Origin: Utricularia gibba
Taxonomy: Eukaryota; Plantae; Magnoliophyta
Length of the DNA stretch: 64,000 nt
NCBI GenBank assembly: GCA_002189035.1
Contig: NEEC01000010.1
Span: 868,001-932,000, forward strand
Reading direction: 5' to 3'
The notes beneath the pieces were generated by a model. The model did not search any database, was not told the DNA's origin, and saw only the letters and a list, made by a program, of their open reading frames with translations. Position numbers and translations under genes: made by a program. Positions 51,801-64,000 of the stretch are shown one piece after another. Positions within the stretch are counted from its first letter, which is position 1. Each line of letters starts with the position of its first letter.

Positions 51801-54800
51801 GAATGGTCATCTGTAAAAAAAGCCGCCATATCTCTTCCAGATATGTGAAAACGAGAATACATACTTTGGCTTTCACCATCTGGCTGAAAATCTTCCTGTT
51901 ATCCACAATAAATTAATTTCATAGAAATCAAAATTTTAGTGAAAAACATGAAAAAACAGGTATAAATTACTTTTGTTTGCAAGGTGAAGTGACCAAAGTC
52001 CAATAAAAGATGGTTCACATCTTCAGTGGAGCTAGAGCCTATAGGAACTCTGACTTTGGGGGCATCTATATCAATGTCAAGAGCAAATCTGTAGGCGTAA
52101 AAAAAGAATTATTTTGAGATAATGCAAATGCAGATAAGAAATGACCAATCATCTGTGATTAAAAACTGAAACTTAGGATAAGATTCCAAGAGATTCTGTA
52201 AAATGGTAATGCAATTCATTTGTCATGTCATGTGTCAAAAAGGGATAAAAAAGTCAACGAGTATAAAGCCACAGAGATACTAAACACCAACTGAGCCATT
52301 GTAAAGATGATGAATAAATGAAACTGAGATGGATCAAAAGGAAGAAAACACTGATGTGAGAAATAATGAACGTTAACTAAAACAAAAACAAGTCATGCCG
52401 TATCAAAAAGCTGTTTCATTCACATGTATCAGGTACATGAATATGACCTGCTATGCTCTTCTAGCACCATCTGCAGTTGTTCCTGAGCTTTACGTGTCAC
52501 TTTTCCAATTCTATTCTGTAAATCATGTTATTTCTTGAACGCTTAACTCGGGCTCTAGAAGAAAAATCCTACATAAATATCATGTGACATGAGTGTCACC
52601 TGGAGAGCTGTGGCAGTTTCTAGGGCAATTGTAGGGCTAATAGCGTTGCTCCTCTTCATGAAAAGTGAAAAGCGCTTATAACTTTCAATAAGCACCTAGA
52701 AGATTGACACAAAAAGTTAAAACGACATTATAATACTATAAAAAATGAATTCAGTAAAAAAAAAAAATCACAGGATGAAAACTTTGCAAATTAGGCCTAT
52801 GACCAATTCGTTGTTTGAACATGAAAGCATAGGTCATGTGACTATGAAACACAGGCACAAACTACCCAGTTGAATCTGGGCATACGAAAAATGCAGGAAC
52901 ACTAACAGTTAATAAGGAGTGAGTAGGATAAGCAATAACTTCACAAGATTTGACTACACAATTGCATAGTAAAGGTAAATGAAAAAATAAAAATCCTTAG
53001 AAATTACATGGCATCAACACCACAAAAAGACAATAGCACTCAAATGGAATTGAAAATATTAAAGTCTCTAGCAAAGTTACTGTGACATAGCAGGGAGCAA
53101 TTGTTGCTGAAAGCGTCCAGTACACGTTTTCACCCACTGGAGTATGCAGAAAGCTAGCTTGCAAAGCATTCATTTTCAGCTTACTTGAGACACTCTGTGG
53201 AAAAAAAAAAAAAAAGAATCAACTGCAGTTAAGACTTAAATCCAAGTGCATAAGTTTCACAATACACAATAAAAAGACAATGAAAAATACATTTTCACTT
53301 TCTTAGAATTAAAATCAAACTTCCTGTCCGCATGAATTTGATCACACACAAAAAATGATAAAACCCCGAACACACACCTCGGCAAGTGATCCTTCTGGTG
53401 AAGTGAAACCATAATATTGCAACTTAACATCATAGCAGGTGCTTCGAGACATGAACTTCATCAATATACAAAGATTTCTGAAACTACCACAGACAATCTC
53501 GATGTTTTGGATACTGACAATCCTTGCAGCTGCTTTGCTGATTGATATAGTCACCATATAATGTATCATTTTATGCATGTCCTTTGTATTGCCAATCAAA
53601 TCTTCCTCTGGTTGGTAGCTTAGCAGTTTATTGACAGCTTCCCACTCTTCTTTAGTAAACTTCCCTTCCACTGTCTCAGATGCATATGATGAATCCATTG
53701 GGAGGTCATCCTCAGAATTGTTACGCCTGCTTAGAGAAAATACAATAGGCAAGATGCTAAAATCAGTCTTGGAAAATCTTGAAATAACCTCTTTCCAAAA
53801 AGAAAAAAGAACAAATGTGTTCAAGATGACTAGAAAAAATCGGCTAGTAAACCTCATTTACCATCTTAAAGGAAACCAGCTTCTCTTCCTAAGCAATTTC
53901 TCCTCAGAAGCTTCCCTAGATTTCACTGATTCAGCCTTTGCACGAGCAAGAAACCTATATGTTGACAAGGAAAAAAAACTCATGATGATGAGCATCATCA
54001 ACCAAAACAGAAACCAAAATGAAGTATAAGAAACTCAGCATCCCAACACATGGAACTTGCAAGTATTTATTAGATTATATGGACTTAATATAATTGAGAA
54101 GACAGATAATGTGTTCACTAAGCTTTCTCTGCATACTAACAATTACTGATGGTTAACATCAATTAAAAAATAAATATGTGCCCAATGCAGATTGAACACA
54201 AAATCTCATCGATACCTCCATAGCAGAATAATTTTGGGGTCAAGGTCCTTCTCAATGTTTCTCAAAATTGACTTATCGATGCATGATTGCTGCAAGGAAT
54301 CAGCATAAATCTGTACATAGCGCCTCCGAAGATTACACATATGCAGGACCTTTTCCCAAGAATATCGGTAGCTGTAAGCAGTAAAGAATAAATAACATTA
54401 CACAACCACAACATAAAATTGCACTAATCTTGCATACAAGTTTTAGACAATTTCAATAGCTACACTGAAATGCATTCAACTGCAACCCCCAAAAATGTTT
54501 CACGTATTCACTTCTACTTAATTAATATTAATCATAGTTACACAACGAATTTCATAGTTTACACAGCAAAACTACCACAATCTTTTTTGCTGCAATGTGG
54601 CATGAGCTGCATAATGCCACCATAATGAGGCATTCTCCAATACTGGTACAACAGGCCTCAAGTGTGAGACTTCAACATTTGTTTTGTATCTAGATATTGC
54701 TTCCATGAGTTTAATCCAATCATGATATTGAACCTAATGAAGAAAGCATAGTGAATGTTTGAGGGAAAATTCAGCATAAGGAACTGCTACTGATTCAGTA

Positions 54801-56750
54801 CAAAAAATTTAAAAGCTCAGCTTTTGTTCAACAACGGAGAGAAAGATGTCCCGAAAAATTCTGGAGTACATCACTAGGTAGAAGACAATTACCAAGAACA
54901 TTGATACAACAAAATAAAATTGATACCTCTGTGATGGTTAATGAAATATCATCAATTAGCAAAGAAGCCTTCTCGAAAGGAATATCTGGATCATTTCTTT
55001 CCAGGTTCCCAAGACGGTGGTACCTTAGAGCTCCATTGATTGGAAAAACAATGTAGTTTCTACCCCGAGCCCACGAGGAAACTGAACTGCCGGACTTAGA
55101 AGATTCATTGATGCCATCTTCAAATATCTTTAAGAAAAAAAGGGGAAAACGAGGTGTGATAATTTAAAAACAATAAAAGACAGTGCCATCTGATCAGCAT
55201 GCGACAAGTTATCAATATGGGAGAGATATGCTATATGACAGAATGGAGAAGAGGTTTCAGATGTACTTCAATCCACTCTCTTGGATTCAGATCCTCCCAT
55301 CTCTTCTCCACCTTCCAGGGTTCACGATGGGAATCATGGTACATAGCTAGTCTTTCAAGTTGCAGTGACTATACATAGACAAGGAAGAACAGACACTTTC
55401 ACCGATAATAACCAAGGCAAGATTTGAACATGCTTAAATAAATGCATTCTCCAGGGCAATCATTACAATCCAACAGGTTTAAACAAGGATATAATTACAA
55501 TCACTACACACGGAGTACAAAGATGCTGGTGAATTGAGAAAAAAAGTCTTAGAATTAAAAATGTAAAAGAACATTATTCCGACCTTACGCAACTTATCCA
55601 AAGCACCACTTGTGTCAAAAGTTTCATTCCCATGCTCATCCATTGTCACTGCTGCCAGCTTTGAAAGAGTAATACCACAAGAAAATGGATACCCTGGATT
55701 GCTGTCATAAAGAAAATTCAACATGAAATGGACACCTAAACAACCAAATGGACCCTTCCGTAACTGTAGTTATGCAAGACAATTTTTTTCAAATTCCCCC
55801 CTTAGCGTAATTACACAATTGGAAGAGTTAGTTTGCACGAAAAATGACCTCACAGAATCTTCATATCGAATGTGAACATTGCTAATAGAGATCTTCAGAT
55901 TCCCGATTACAGTGGCAATAAGTGATCCCAACCATGAATTTCCAGCAGGTGGCTGCAGAGGAATCAAAGTGTAAAAAATGTAGAAACTCTGAATCTCAAA
56001 AGCAACCCTTTATCAAGTATATCAAAGTATAGTGAAACAGGGGGCTTTATCAAAGTATATTTTCTATCACAGAGAAAGAGGCTTTTTCTGATAGTGGACT
56101 CTAATAATGAAAATCTGCAAGAACTAGAAAAATCCAAGTCACATAGAGAGCTAAAATCACTGAAGAGATAATAAGTGAACCCATGTAAATAGCCTAATCA
56201 AGTTGGACACATGAACGCAATCCATGCAAGAAAATTCCCTACATGTCCCTCCCTTGATCTTGATATTGCTTCAAGAGTCGCGAGCTCTGCTTCCTTGGAT
56301 AAAAAAAGAAATTAAAATGAGAAGATTACAGGGAGAGACACAAAGTATAAACCTGGATAGAGCCATGGAGAGTCTGATGGGCCAATAATCTATGTATTTC
56401 ACAAAGAGAATGACGAAGGAAAAACGTACATGGAAAAAGTCACATGTAACTTACTTCAATTTGCTGAAGTTTGGCTTCAAAAATTTTTTCCTTGTCTTCT
56501 TCCTTAAGAGAAAAACACAGTAGTGTCAAGGGATACAAAGGCAATTTCACTGATGAAAGATTCATTTCTAGTTACTGACGTGCAGTAGTAAACAAAATCA
56601 ACCTTAAAAGACCTCCCACAAGGTGCAACATTCGCAAGAATAAACACTTGATCAATCAGAACAATAACAGGCTCCTTCCCAAGACCTTTCCATGGTACCT
56701 TATCATGAAGAAAAGAGAGAGAGTAAAAAAGTTATCTTACCAATCACGTA

Positions 56751-56790
<40 letters not shown>

Positions 56791-57958
56791 TAAACTTTTC
56801 TTTCTCACTGGACAAACGACAGAGGGTAAACAGAGAACTTAGAAGGACCAGCATATCTTTCCAGATAACTATACTCTTGGGGATACAGAGAGCACAAACC
56901 AACCAAAAAAATGTATTTACCTTCAATGTAATTGTACCAACAAAGCCAGCTTTGACTTTAACTGGAAGCTTCAATGCATTTAATGCTTCTGCCTTTATTT
57001 TCAAATCTTTTAGAACTACATCCCCTGCATGAGTATGAGAGATCATAAATTTCAGATTACAAACGTATGCATAAATTTGAAAGAATCTGCTCGACATCAG
57101 GCAAAAATTGGTGTAATATGCAAAAAACAAGCGAAGGATAAAATATTTTTTGAAGCATAGACGGGTCATGCATAGATTGTATTTATGGAATCTTGATGGG
57201 CATGCACAAAACATTTTATCATGAAGGTCTATAGGGCTACATTGAACACATAGCATGCAACCATGCGTAGAAATCCACAAGAATAATCAACATCACCTTT
57301 CCACACACTTATCCGTAAGGCCTCTGATGACAACCCGTGGACATACTCCCCCAAATACTTCCGAAGAAGATGCAAAACCTAAGGAAATTTTCAAATAATA
57401 TTAGCGCAGAGAATGGATCAATAATCGCATAAACTAACTGCAAGCACTTCCAGATTTATGTTTCATCGAAATACACTGACGACGATAGACTGACAGCCAC
57501 TTAGACCCAGAAAAACATGTATCAGAGACTATCTCATTGTTGCAGGTACGCTACCCTGATTGTTGATCACAAACGATTCACCACATAATTCGCAGACCCC
57601 TAACAACAAGAACCAAATAATACAAAGCACGAACCCTTGGGTTATTTTGCATGCAATCTCTGGCGTATCATTCAAGAACACGCACCTAAACCAAACACAT
57701 ATCCGATATACACTAATAAATCACATGACGAATGCAAGTTGCTACAACCATGAAAAACCAGTGCCATAACGTCATACTCTGAATCCCAATATTAGAGTCC
57801 ACCCATTACCCCGATTTCTCCATGGAAAAATTGAGCAACAAAAATTCACCCACATATTCTTCTGATATCCAGCCACGAAACAGAAAGATTAAACCACCCG
57901 AAGAAATCAAAAACGAAAAACAATGAAACGAAAATCCACGTACATGTGCTTCGAACAT
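33846..57958 (-). CDS. VPS13M: VPS13M-type bridge-like lipid transfer protein (At4g17140-like); dozens of exons, appears intact
   Basis: Exon 1 MFEAH (57958-57944), exon 2 VLHLLRKYLGEYVHGLSSEALRISVWK (57378-57297), exon 3 (57024-56921), exon 4 (56698-56603), all GT-AG. Then chorein-N PPAGNSWLGSLIATVIGNLKISISNVHIRYEDS, PH region, Vps62-like repeats (STPNFEKIWWD), C2 (WNELFIFEVP), VAB (LENRLP; RFFVPYWIVND), C-terminal GAAAQPVSGVLDLLSKTTEGANA, and last exon VTKPYSP...stop at 33846. Exons checked by hand spliced in frame; not all were checked. Confidence 0.95.
39669..41041 (-). CDS. VPS13M: VPS13M exons 41041-40553 and 40478-39669 encoding a DysF/peroxin-like insert and the start of the VAB region
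   Basis: IFENQKYHPVSGWG...EFFEPPLPMGWVWVESSSWAIEKSQFVDADGWAYAVDFQSLKWPP...VRRRRWIRTRQ: the DGWxY...RRRRWxR signature of DysF domains. Confidence 0.8.
56753..56784. repeat. (GA)16 microsatellite in VPS13M intron 3
   Basis: Direct count of GA units. Confidence 0.95.
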
Positions 57959-58013
57959 TGTGGAATATCGCAACGCACGATCTTTTCACTCCTCCGGGTT
58001 CACAACATAGTTT

Positions 58014-58231
58014 CTGCAGAAAACAATGATCGGACTCGCAAAAGCATCATCGATGAACACACCGAAAACCTCCATCGACACAGAGATCCGTTAGTTTGAC
58101 CAAGTTGGTCGGAAGAATTAGCAAGTTCAAAAATAAAAGAAATATAAAATAACACAGGTGGAAACATGTGCTAGCGAGAGCGTGGCGAGGCAGCCGGAGA
58201 GGTGAGTGTGGTCCCCACAACGGCTCCTTAC
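58014..58231 (-). promoter_or_regulatory. Predicted 5' UTR intron of VPS13M (218 nt)
   Basis: Donor AG|GTAAGG at 58231 and acceptor TTTTCTGCAG ending at 58014, 55 nt of exon before the start codon. Confidence 0.6.
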
Positions 58232-58331
58232 CTAGAATAGAAAGGACAGTTCAGGCTCGGCTTTTAACGGCCGGATATGTCATTGCGCCAACAAGGCGCT
58301 TACTGGGTTTCGATATACAGTCCAATTTGTT

Positions 58332-58354
58332 TGGGCCTCAAAATAAGATGGGCC
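58332..58354. promoter_or_regulatory. Two site II (TGGGCY, TCP-type) elements in the VPS13M proximal promoter
   Basis: TGGGCC at 58332-58337 and 58349-58354, just upstream of the inferred leader exon. Confidence 0.5.
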
Positions 58355-59049
58355 TAGGCTTTCATAACGAAAATATTTGTTAGACTCCAAAAAAAAAAGA
58401 AAATAATAATAATAATTCATCAGGTTAAAAAGGGAATTATGATTCATACAGTTTCCCTCTGTCCAAATTTTTCATGCAATCCACAAGAAGGCTGAAACCG
58501 TACGAATATGTTAAATAAAAATGTTAGAAAATAAATATGGTACACATGTAAGCATTTTATTATTGTGGCGGAATTTTGTATATTTGGAAATAAATTTAAG
58601 AAAAAAATACCTAATTTTAATTTGAAAAAAAAAACATCAATCACAAGATTACCAATTGGGCTACGTTTTGTTTCAATACAAACGTTTGACAAAAAACATA
58701 CAATTCTATATTAACATTTGCATAATGTGATTTTTGGTACATATATTGTTTAATTTTATAGATTTTACATATGAACATTTTTAAAATTTTTATTTTGAAA
58801 CTAATGTTTTGAAAAATAGTATATCTTCAATACCAATGTTTTTTGAAAATTTTTTTTGGTACATACGTTTGTAATTTATCTTTTAAATAAAAACACACCT
58901 TCTAACACCTACATTATGAGAACAAACGTTTATTAATGGGCTTCTATTTCAATACTGTTAAGGGTTAAAATCGATGTGTCAGATTAGGCCGATTTTCGTG
59001 TTGCAAATGGTGTCGTTTTCTTTTTTTGTCTTCTGTCTGACTGGATTGG

Positions 59050-59468
59050 ATGGAGTGGGAGTAGGCGGGGATTTTTTACGTGGAAACCACCATGAGACAG
59101 AAAAACCACGGAGTTATCGGAGCCCGCCAGAGAAGGTTTTTACTAGATGGAGATGGCTATCGGAGCTATAGGAAGATATGGGTCAGGAGCCCTCCTGTTA
59201 TGGCCCCTTTTATTTATAGGGGAAGCCAGCCTAGCCGATTCTCTGCCCCTACGGGTGTCGGTTACTTTTGTGCCTGCTACGCGACCTTGCTTTCCAGATA
59301 TCGTACATCTGTTCTGCCGTAATTCGGCCGCTTTTTAGACTGCGCCATACGACAGCCGCTGCAGGTTTCTGATACACATCGGTCTGTCGGCAGGCACTAT
59401 CTCCTCAGAATTTCCTTTGGCAGTTTTTTCAGGGGCCGATTATCTTCTCCCGATTTACACCCCCATCA
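59050..59468 (-). repeat. Tat/Retand-like LTR fragment
   Basis: Minus strand begins TGATGGGG and contains CCCCTATAAATAAAAGG; GC-rich island. The other end and TSD were not found. Confidence 0.4.
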
Positions 59469-60239
59469 AGTACATATATTTAGTTGGTTCATTCCCAAAT
59501 TAAAAAATGCAATATAATTAGGGTTACAGTTATTGCTAGCCACCATGATGAAATCCTCTGATTTTTATTAGCCATTATGATCCACCACAAGCCACCTTGA
59601 TTATTGACCCGTCGCCCTCTTGACCCATCACGATCGTCCTCGTGTAGTAGCCCATTGCCCTCTTGACTCTGAGTCGGTGTTCTTAGATTTTGGGTTTTAT
59701 TGCTAGTAATTTTAGATTCATCTTCTTATATCATTCTTCTTTGAATCGTAAGTTTATTAGACATATATAGAATCGTATCGATTTAATTTTATTGTAGCTT
59801 TTCAATTGATTTGGTGCCACAGGTTCTAACCATGAGTGATTCAGATACCACGGAATCATACGTTTATTCAGAGGAGTAGTTTCAATATGAATCTAGTGGG
59901 TTGCAACCTCCGTGCTCGTTCGATGTTGAACCGATATCTAAAATTGAGTAGAAAGAAGAATGCATACTTCAAGCACATGAGTCTGTCACTCAAGACATTG
60001 AGTTATATGATCATGAGGATAAAGAAATTGTATATTATAACTTGAAAAAAGGATGGAAAAGATTAAATCTTAGGTAAATCCTAAACTATTTTTTTATATT
60101 AATAATAGGTAGGGGTTAATCTCTAATTATTTCTTTGAATATCAATAATTCTTTGCATCTATTTCTAGATGTAATTGATATATATTATTTTTATAATTCT
60201 TATGACTTTTACTTATAGTGCATGTGAGTTGGTTCCTAA

Positions 60240-63130
60240 TACGCTCTCGATCCAAATAACACGTGATTTAAAATGACGTCCCTCACAATGTGACAAGAGG
60301 TACTTTGGGGAAATGGTATATCATCCATCTACTCAACATTATTAATAACGTCAAACTATATATGTGCATTAAATAACACACCGAAGCTCATGGAATAGGG
60401 TTCGATATTAACGGCAAATTTGGATCGAATGAACAAATTGTGTGGTATTTATGGTGGAAAAAGTCCCACACTGCTCATCTGTGCTTATTGATTTACGTCG
60501 AATGTATTGAAATGTTTTTTAACAAATACGAAACTGCACACGTAGGTTAGGCATAACCAACAGGGGTTAGACATAAGTCGGCCTAGTAATATTATAAGTC
60601 ATAATAAATGGTGATGTAATGTATTTTACATGTAATTAAAAGAGATATGGCAATCATCTCACGAACATAGAACATTAACTAGATATTGGGAATGGAATTA
60701 AGAGAAAAAAAATATAACTTATAAACGATAGGTGTGTTTACCATATGATTGGATTAGTTCCTTTTCTCTCCTTGTTGTAATGGATTCCCGTGTTCCGAAA
60801 GAGAAACTATCGGGTGATGCGAAATCGAGATGAGAAGATCGTCGATCGATCACGCTAGCAGGTGACGTTGATGAAGCATCACCCAAGACTTTTCAAGAAA
60901 GCCATAGAATGTAGCATTCTCTACACCAAGTCCCTTCAAATTCTCTTCAAATTCACGCTAGCAGGTCTTCAAATTCTCTTCCGCCACTCCAGCCGGTGTG
61001 CCGATCTGTTTTCGATAGAGTGAACCCTTCATCCAATGAAAATCGGGCCACTTGTTGTAACAACCCGCAACCTGCACCCTAGACGCTAAGGCCATTACCG
61101 ACACCTGAACACTCAACAAGGTTGTCCCAATCATCGTGGTGTAGGCTAGGAACATGGTTATGGGTGCATCTTTCCCTTGTTTTAGCGACTTGGGAGGGCA
61201 ATGTAGGAGTTAGGAATGAACATGGGCACGGGTCGGATCCCTGCCGAGCTATTTATGAAATCTTGACTTGTCGGATAAAGGTTAACGGATTATGACCCTC
61301 AACTCATCCCAGATACGGGTGAACTCCTGTATCCGTGTTGACTCAACCAGAATAAACATAATAAAAATTTATACCCATGTACGCAATGCCTGGTAATTAG
61401 ACAAATCATCTTAAAGAATTTTATACTCATTTTGTTAGACACAATGAATTTGAGATAACTTTGGGGTATTCAGACTTAGGAATTTAATAAAAAATAATGC
61501 AATAAAAGAATCTAATCCCTCCTTTAAAAGATCGAAGCATAGAATGCATCATTTTTTTATTAAAAAAAGCACTCTATCCTTAAAAGGCATAAGGATGCAT
61601 TATTTTTTTTATTAAAATACTATTGCACTCACCCTCCACTTGGGTATGCCACCCACCACATGGGCACGGGGTACGTGATGAATGTTGGAATGTGTTTGCT
61701 AAAAGTCGCGGTCTAGCACATTCAACTCATCAAAAAAAATTTATAAACCTAGCTATTCTATTATACAAATCACTGGAATTAATCTAGTCTGATAAGCAAG
61801 GTTAGAATCCACAGAGAATGATTGCAATTTCTTGAAATCTTTTACATTTACTAAAAATATAGAGGGGTTTTTTGGGGGTTTAGCTCTCATGTGTGTAAGA
61901 CATAAAATAACAACAATTGAAATGAAAAAGTTGCAAGGATGAAGAAGCACCGGAATTAACATGAATGTGCAGAAAACATAAAGTGAAAGTGACTTGGCTG
62001 GGTTTTACACAATGGTCTAACTCTTGTGTCACTCAAGAGAGCTCATAGGCTTAAACTCAGTTTTAACATGTTAAAAACAGGGCAGAGGGTCGTGGGAGTA
62101 GTAAACATGTTAAACTTAACCAAACATGAAGAGCTTAAATATAAAGAAGTTCATTAGAGATTTTTCGTTCACACCAAAGCATCAGAAATGTAACAAAAAG
62201 TATGGAAAGAAAAAAGTAACAGTAGCAAGTTCAACAACATAAATGAAGTGCAGAAAACGAAAATAAAAGTATCAGGCTGCTTTTGTGGACTGTAGATATG
62301 CTGAATCTGAAGTTCTGGGTGTAGATTTGGTCTAAAAAACGTAGATCTGAGGCTGGTCGAAGCTGTTCACCAGAGAAATACAACCTTGCTCACGCTCCTC
62401 ACTGTTCTCTCTCATCTCTCTCATCTCTCTCTTCTTCCTCTTTCCTTTTCTTGCTCAAAGGAAAGGTATCTCCATCTTTTACATGGGCTTTTAGAAGGAA
62501 GATCTATTCTCTAGATCTTATCTTTTCAAAAGGTGGCTTTTTCTCAACTTTTCTACTCCTTTTGACTTGTCAACATGAAAAATGCGTTGCCAGTACTAAC
62601 TCTTACCCTGTTAAGACTTTAACATAGACTAGAGGAAAAAATGAGAGTTTTCAACTCAATTGTTGCGAATGGAGCATGTTTTCACAATAAACACATTTCA
62701 ACAAACTACACAAGAGGAGACAATTTAGCACACTAAAGAATATTTAACCCTACAAAATATGGTTTGAAATACAATTGGTATTAAAAATATTACTTTTGAA
62801 ACATATATAGTTAACGTTATTGATAATGTGGGGTAAATGGGTGATGTACCGTTTTCCCAAAAATTAGTTCGTAAAATACCCCCTGTCGCATTGTGAGATG
62901 TACATCGTTCTAAATCACATGTTATTTGGATCGAGAGCCTATTTTGTTTTATTTTATTTTGTATTATTTGGATTCTTAGTTGTTATTTGAAGCGAAAGCA
63001 TATTTTATTTTATTTAAAATTTGTATTACCCGTCCATCCTTGCGCGTTATTTGGCTCGAGTGCGTGTTTTTTTTATTTTAAATTTGTATGACTCGTCAAT
63101 CGATGCTTAATTGTTATATGGATCCTATGC
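60240..63130. repeat. Family X two-armed copy: forward arm 60240-61000, internal module 61050-61490, reversed arm plus 60-bp array 62757-63130, interrupted by an Athila LTR
   Basis: 60245-60360 is the reverse complement of 62800-62940; the modules match the other copies listed. Confidence 0.7.
61676..62757 (-). repeat. Athila-like solo LTR, slightly truncated, same family as 30471-31571
   Basis: Starts TGATGAA(T/C)GTTGGAATGTGTTTGCTAAA exactly as at 30471 and is collinear for about 1.08 kb; no adjacent PBS. Confidence 0.85.
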
Positions 63131-63409
63131 ATATTAGCTATGAACACTATTCCCGCATCGGAGGAATTTGGGAATCCCCTACGGACGTTGGTTCCGGTTA
63201 ACCCACGCCCGTATGGAATCTACTAATGGTCAGACAGGGGCGTCGGTTAGCCCAACTCACGCCCGTATGTGATTTATTAGTGCCTCTTAGAAATCGCATA
63301 CCGGCACAGCCTGTGGCTAACGCACGCCTATATGTTTTCTTTTGCACCCCACGAGCCTAGCTTGTGCATGTACTATATGAGTTAAATAACGACGGTTTTT
63401 ATTCTCACA

Positions 63410-64000
63410 ATGCGATAGGAGGCACTTTACTAACTAATTTTTGGGAAAACGTTATATCACCCATCTACTCAACATTATTTATAAAGTCAACCATATATGT
63501 TTCAAAACTAATATTTTGTATACCAATTGTATTTCAAAAATAATTTTTTATTCAAAGAGAGTATTGTATTTATTTAACGTCAAGTATTATATAACTCAAA
63601 TAAAAAAATCATTTCTAAAACTTTTCTGGGCACAGGATCGCCTTTGGAAGGGTTTGAGGAAGCGGTAAATTGTGATCGATCCTCACGCACATGTTAAATA
63701 GAATGCATTAAATAATTTAAGTATTATATAACTCAAAGAGCGTAGCTAGTTTATGCGTGCATTATTTAATGCATTCGATTCAACAGGTGCATGAGGAGCG
63801 AGCGCAATTTACCTGCTCCCCAAACTCTTCCTGTGCCCAGAAAAGTGTTGAAATTGATTTTTTATTTATTTATATAATACTTGATGTTAAATAAATACAA
63901 TACTTTCTTTGAATAAAAATTTATTTTTGAAGTACCATTGGTATTAAAAATATTAGTTTTGAAACATATATAGTTGACGTTAAAGTGCCTCCTGTCGCAT
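63410..64000. repeat. Family X long inverted repeat (hairpin), running off the window end
   Basis: 63410-63429 pairs with 63981-64000 (1 mismatch); 63480-63716 pairs with 63761-63980; innermost 16 bp perfect (GAATGCATTAAATAAT / ATTATTTAATGCATTC); 44-nt loop. Confidence 0.9.

Noticed and set aside
39551-53213. Long homopolymer runs (T at about 39551-39576, A at about 44846-44863 and 53200-53213) as retrocopy tails
   Set aside because: They are intronic U-rich tracts with no adjoining SINE/LINE body or TSD visible.
59836-60045. Possible degenerate MULE SWIM zinc-finger fragment
   Set aside because: Only a vague YESSGL..PCS resemblance, with stops and missing Cys/His ligands.
30471-62757. A giant LTR element that captured VPS13M
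   Set aside because: The PBS and gag lie outside the interval, there is no PPT or TSD for the pair, and the gene keeps its introns and promoter.
14350-63130. Approximately 60-bp repeat units as a CRISPR-like array
   Set aside because: The units are degenerate, contiguous and lack unique spacers; the context is eukaryotic with no cas genes.

Overview
Plant nuclear DNA (eudicot; the VPS13 sequence looks asterid/Lamiales-like, low confidence). The only host gene is a large, apparently intact, many-exon VPS13M-type lipid-transfer gene on the minus strand (CDS 57958->33846). It is flanked by dense, nested, mostly decayed transposon DNA: three Ty1/copia pieces, Tekay and Athila gypsy pieces, hAT remnants, and a modular foldback-like repeat family that forms long hairpins. 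The strongest signal is a 5.66-kb PIF/Harbinger element (14461-20117, TTA target-site duplication). Between its usual Myb/SANT and transposase genes it carries a third, intron-containing gene: an FCP1/NIF-type HAD phosphatase domain, apparently fused behind a 'gypsy-type transposase' (Transposase_28-like) domain. A second, highly diverged Harbinger remnant (3694-5019) shows the same transposase-to-NIF order, strand and intron position. This suggests an old Harbinger lineage with a stable third gene rather than a one-off capture. Family assignments rest on manual translation and motif recognition from memory; no database search was run. Boundaries of degenerate repeats are approximate.
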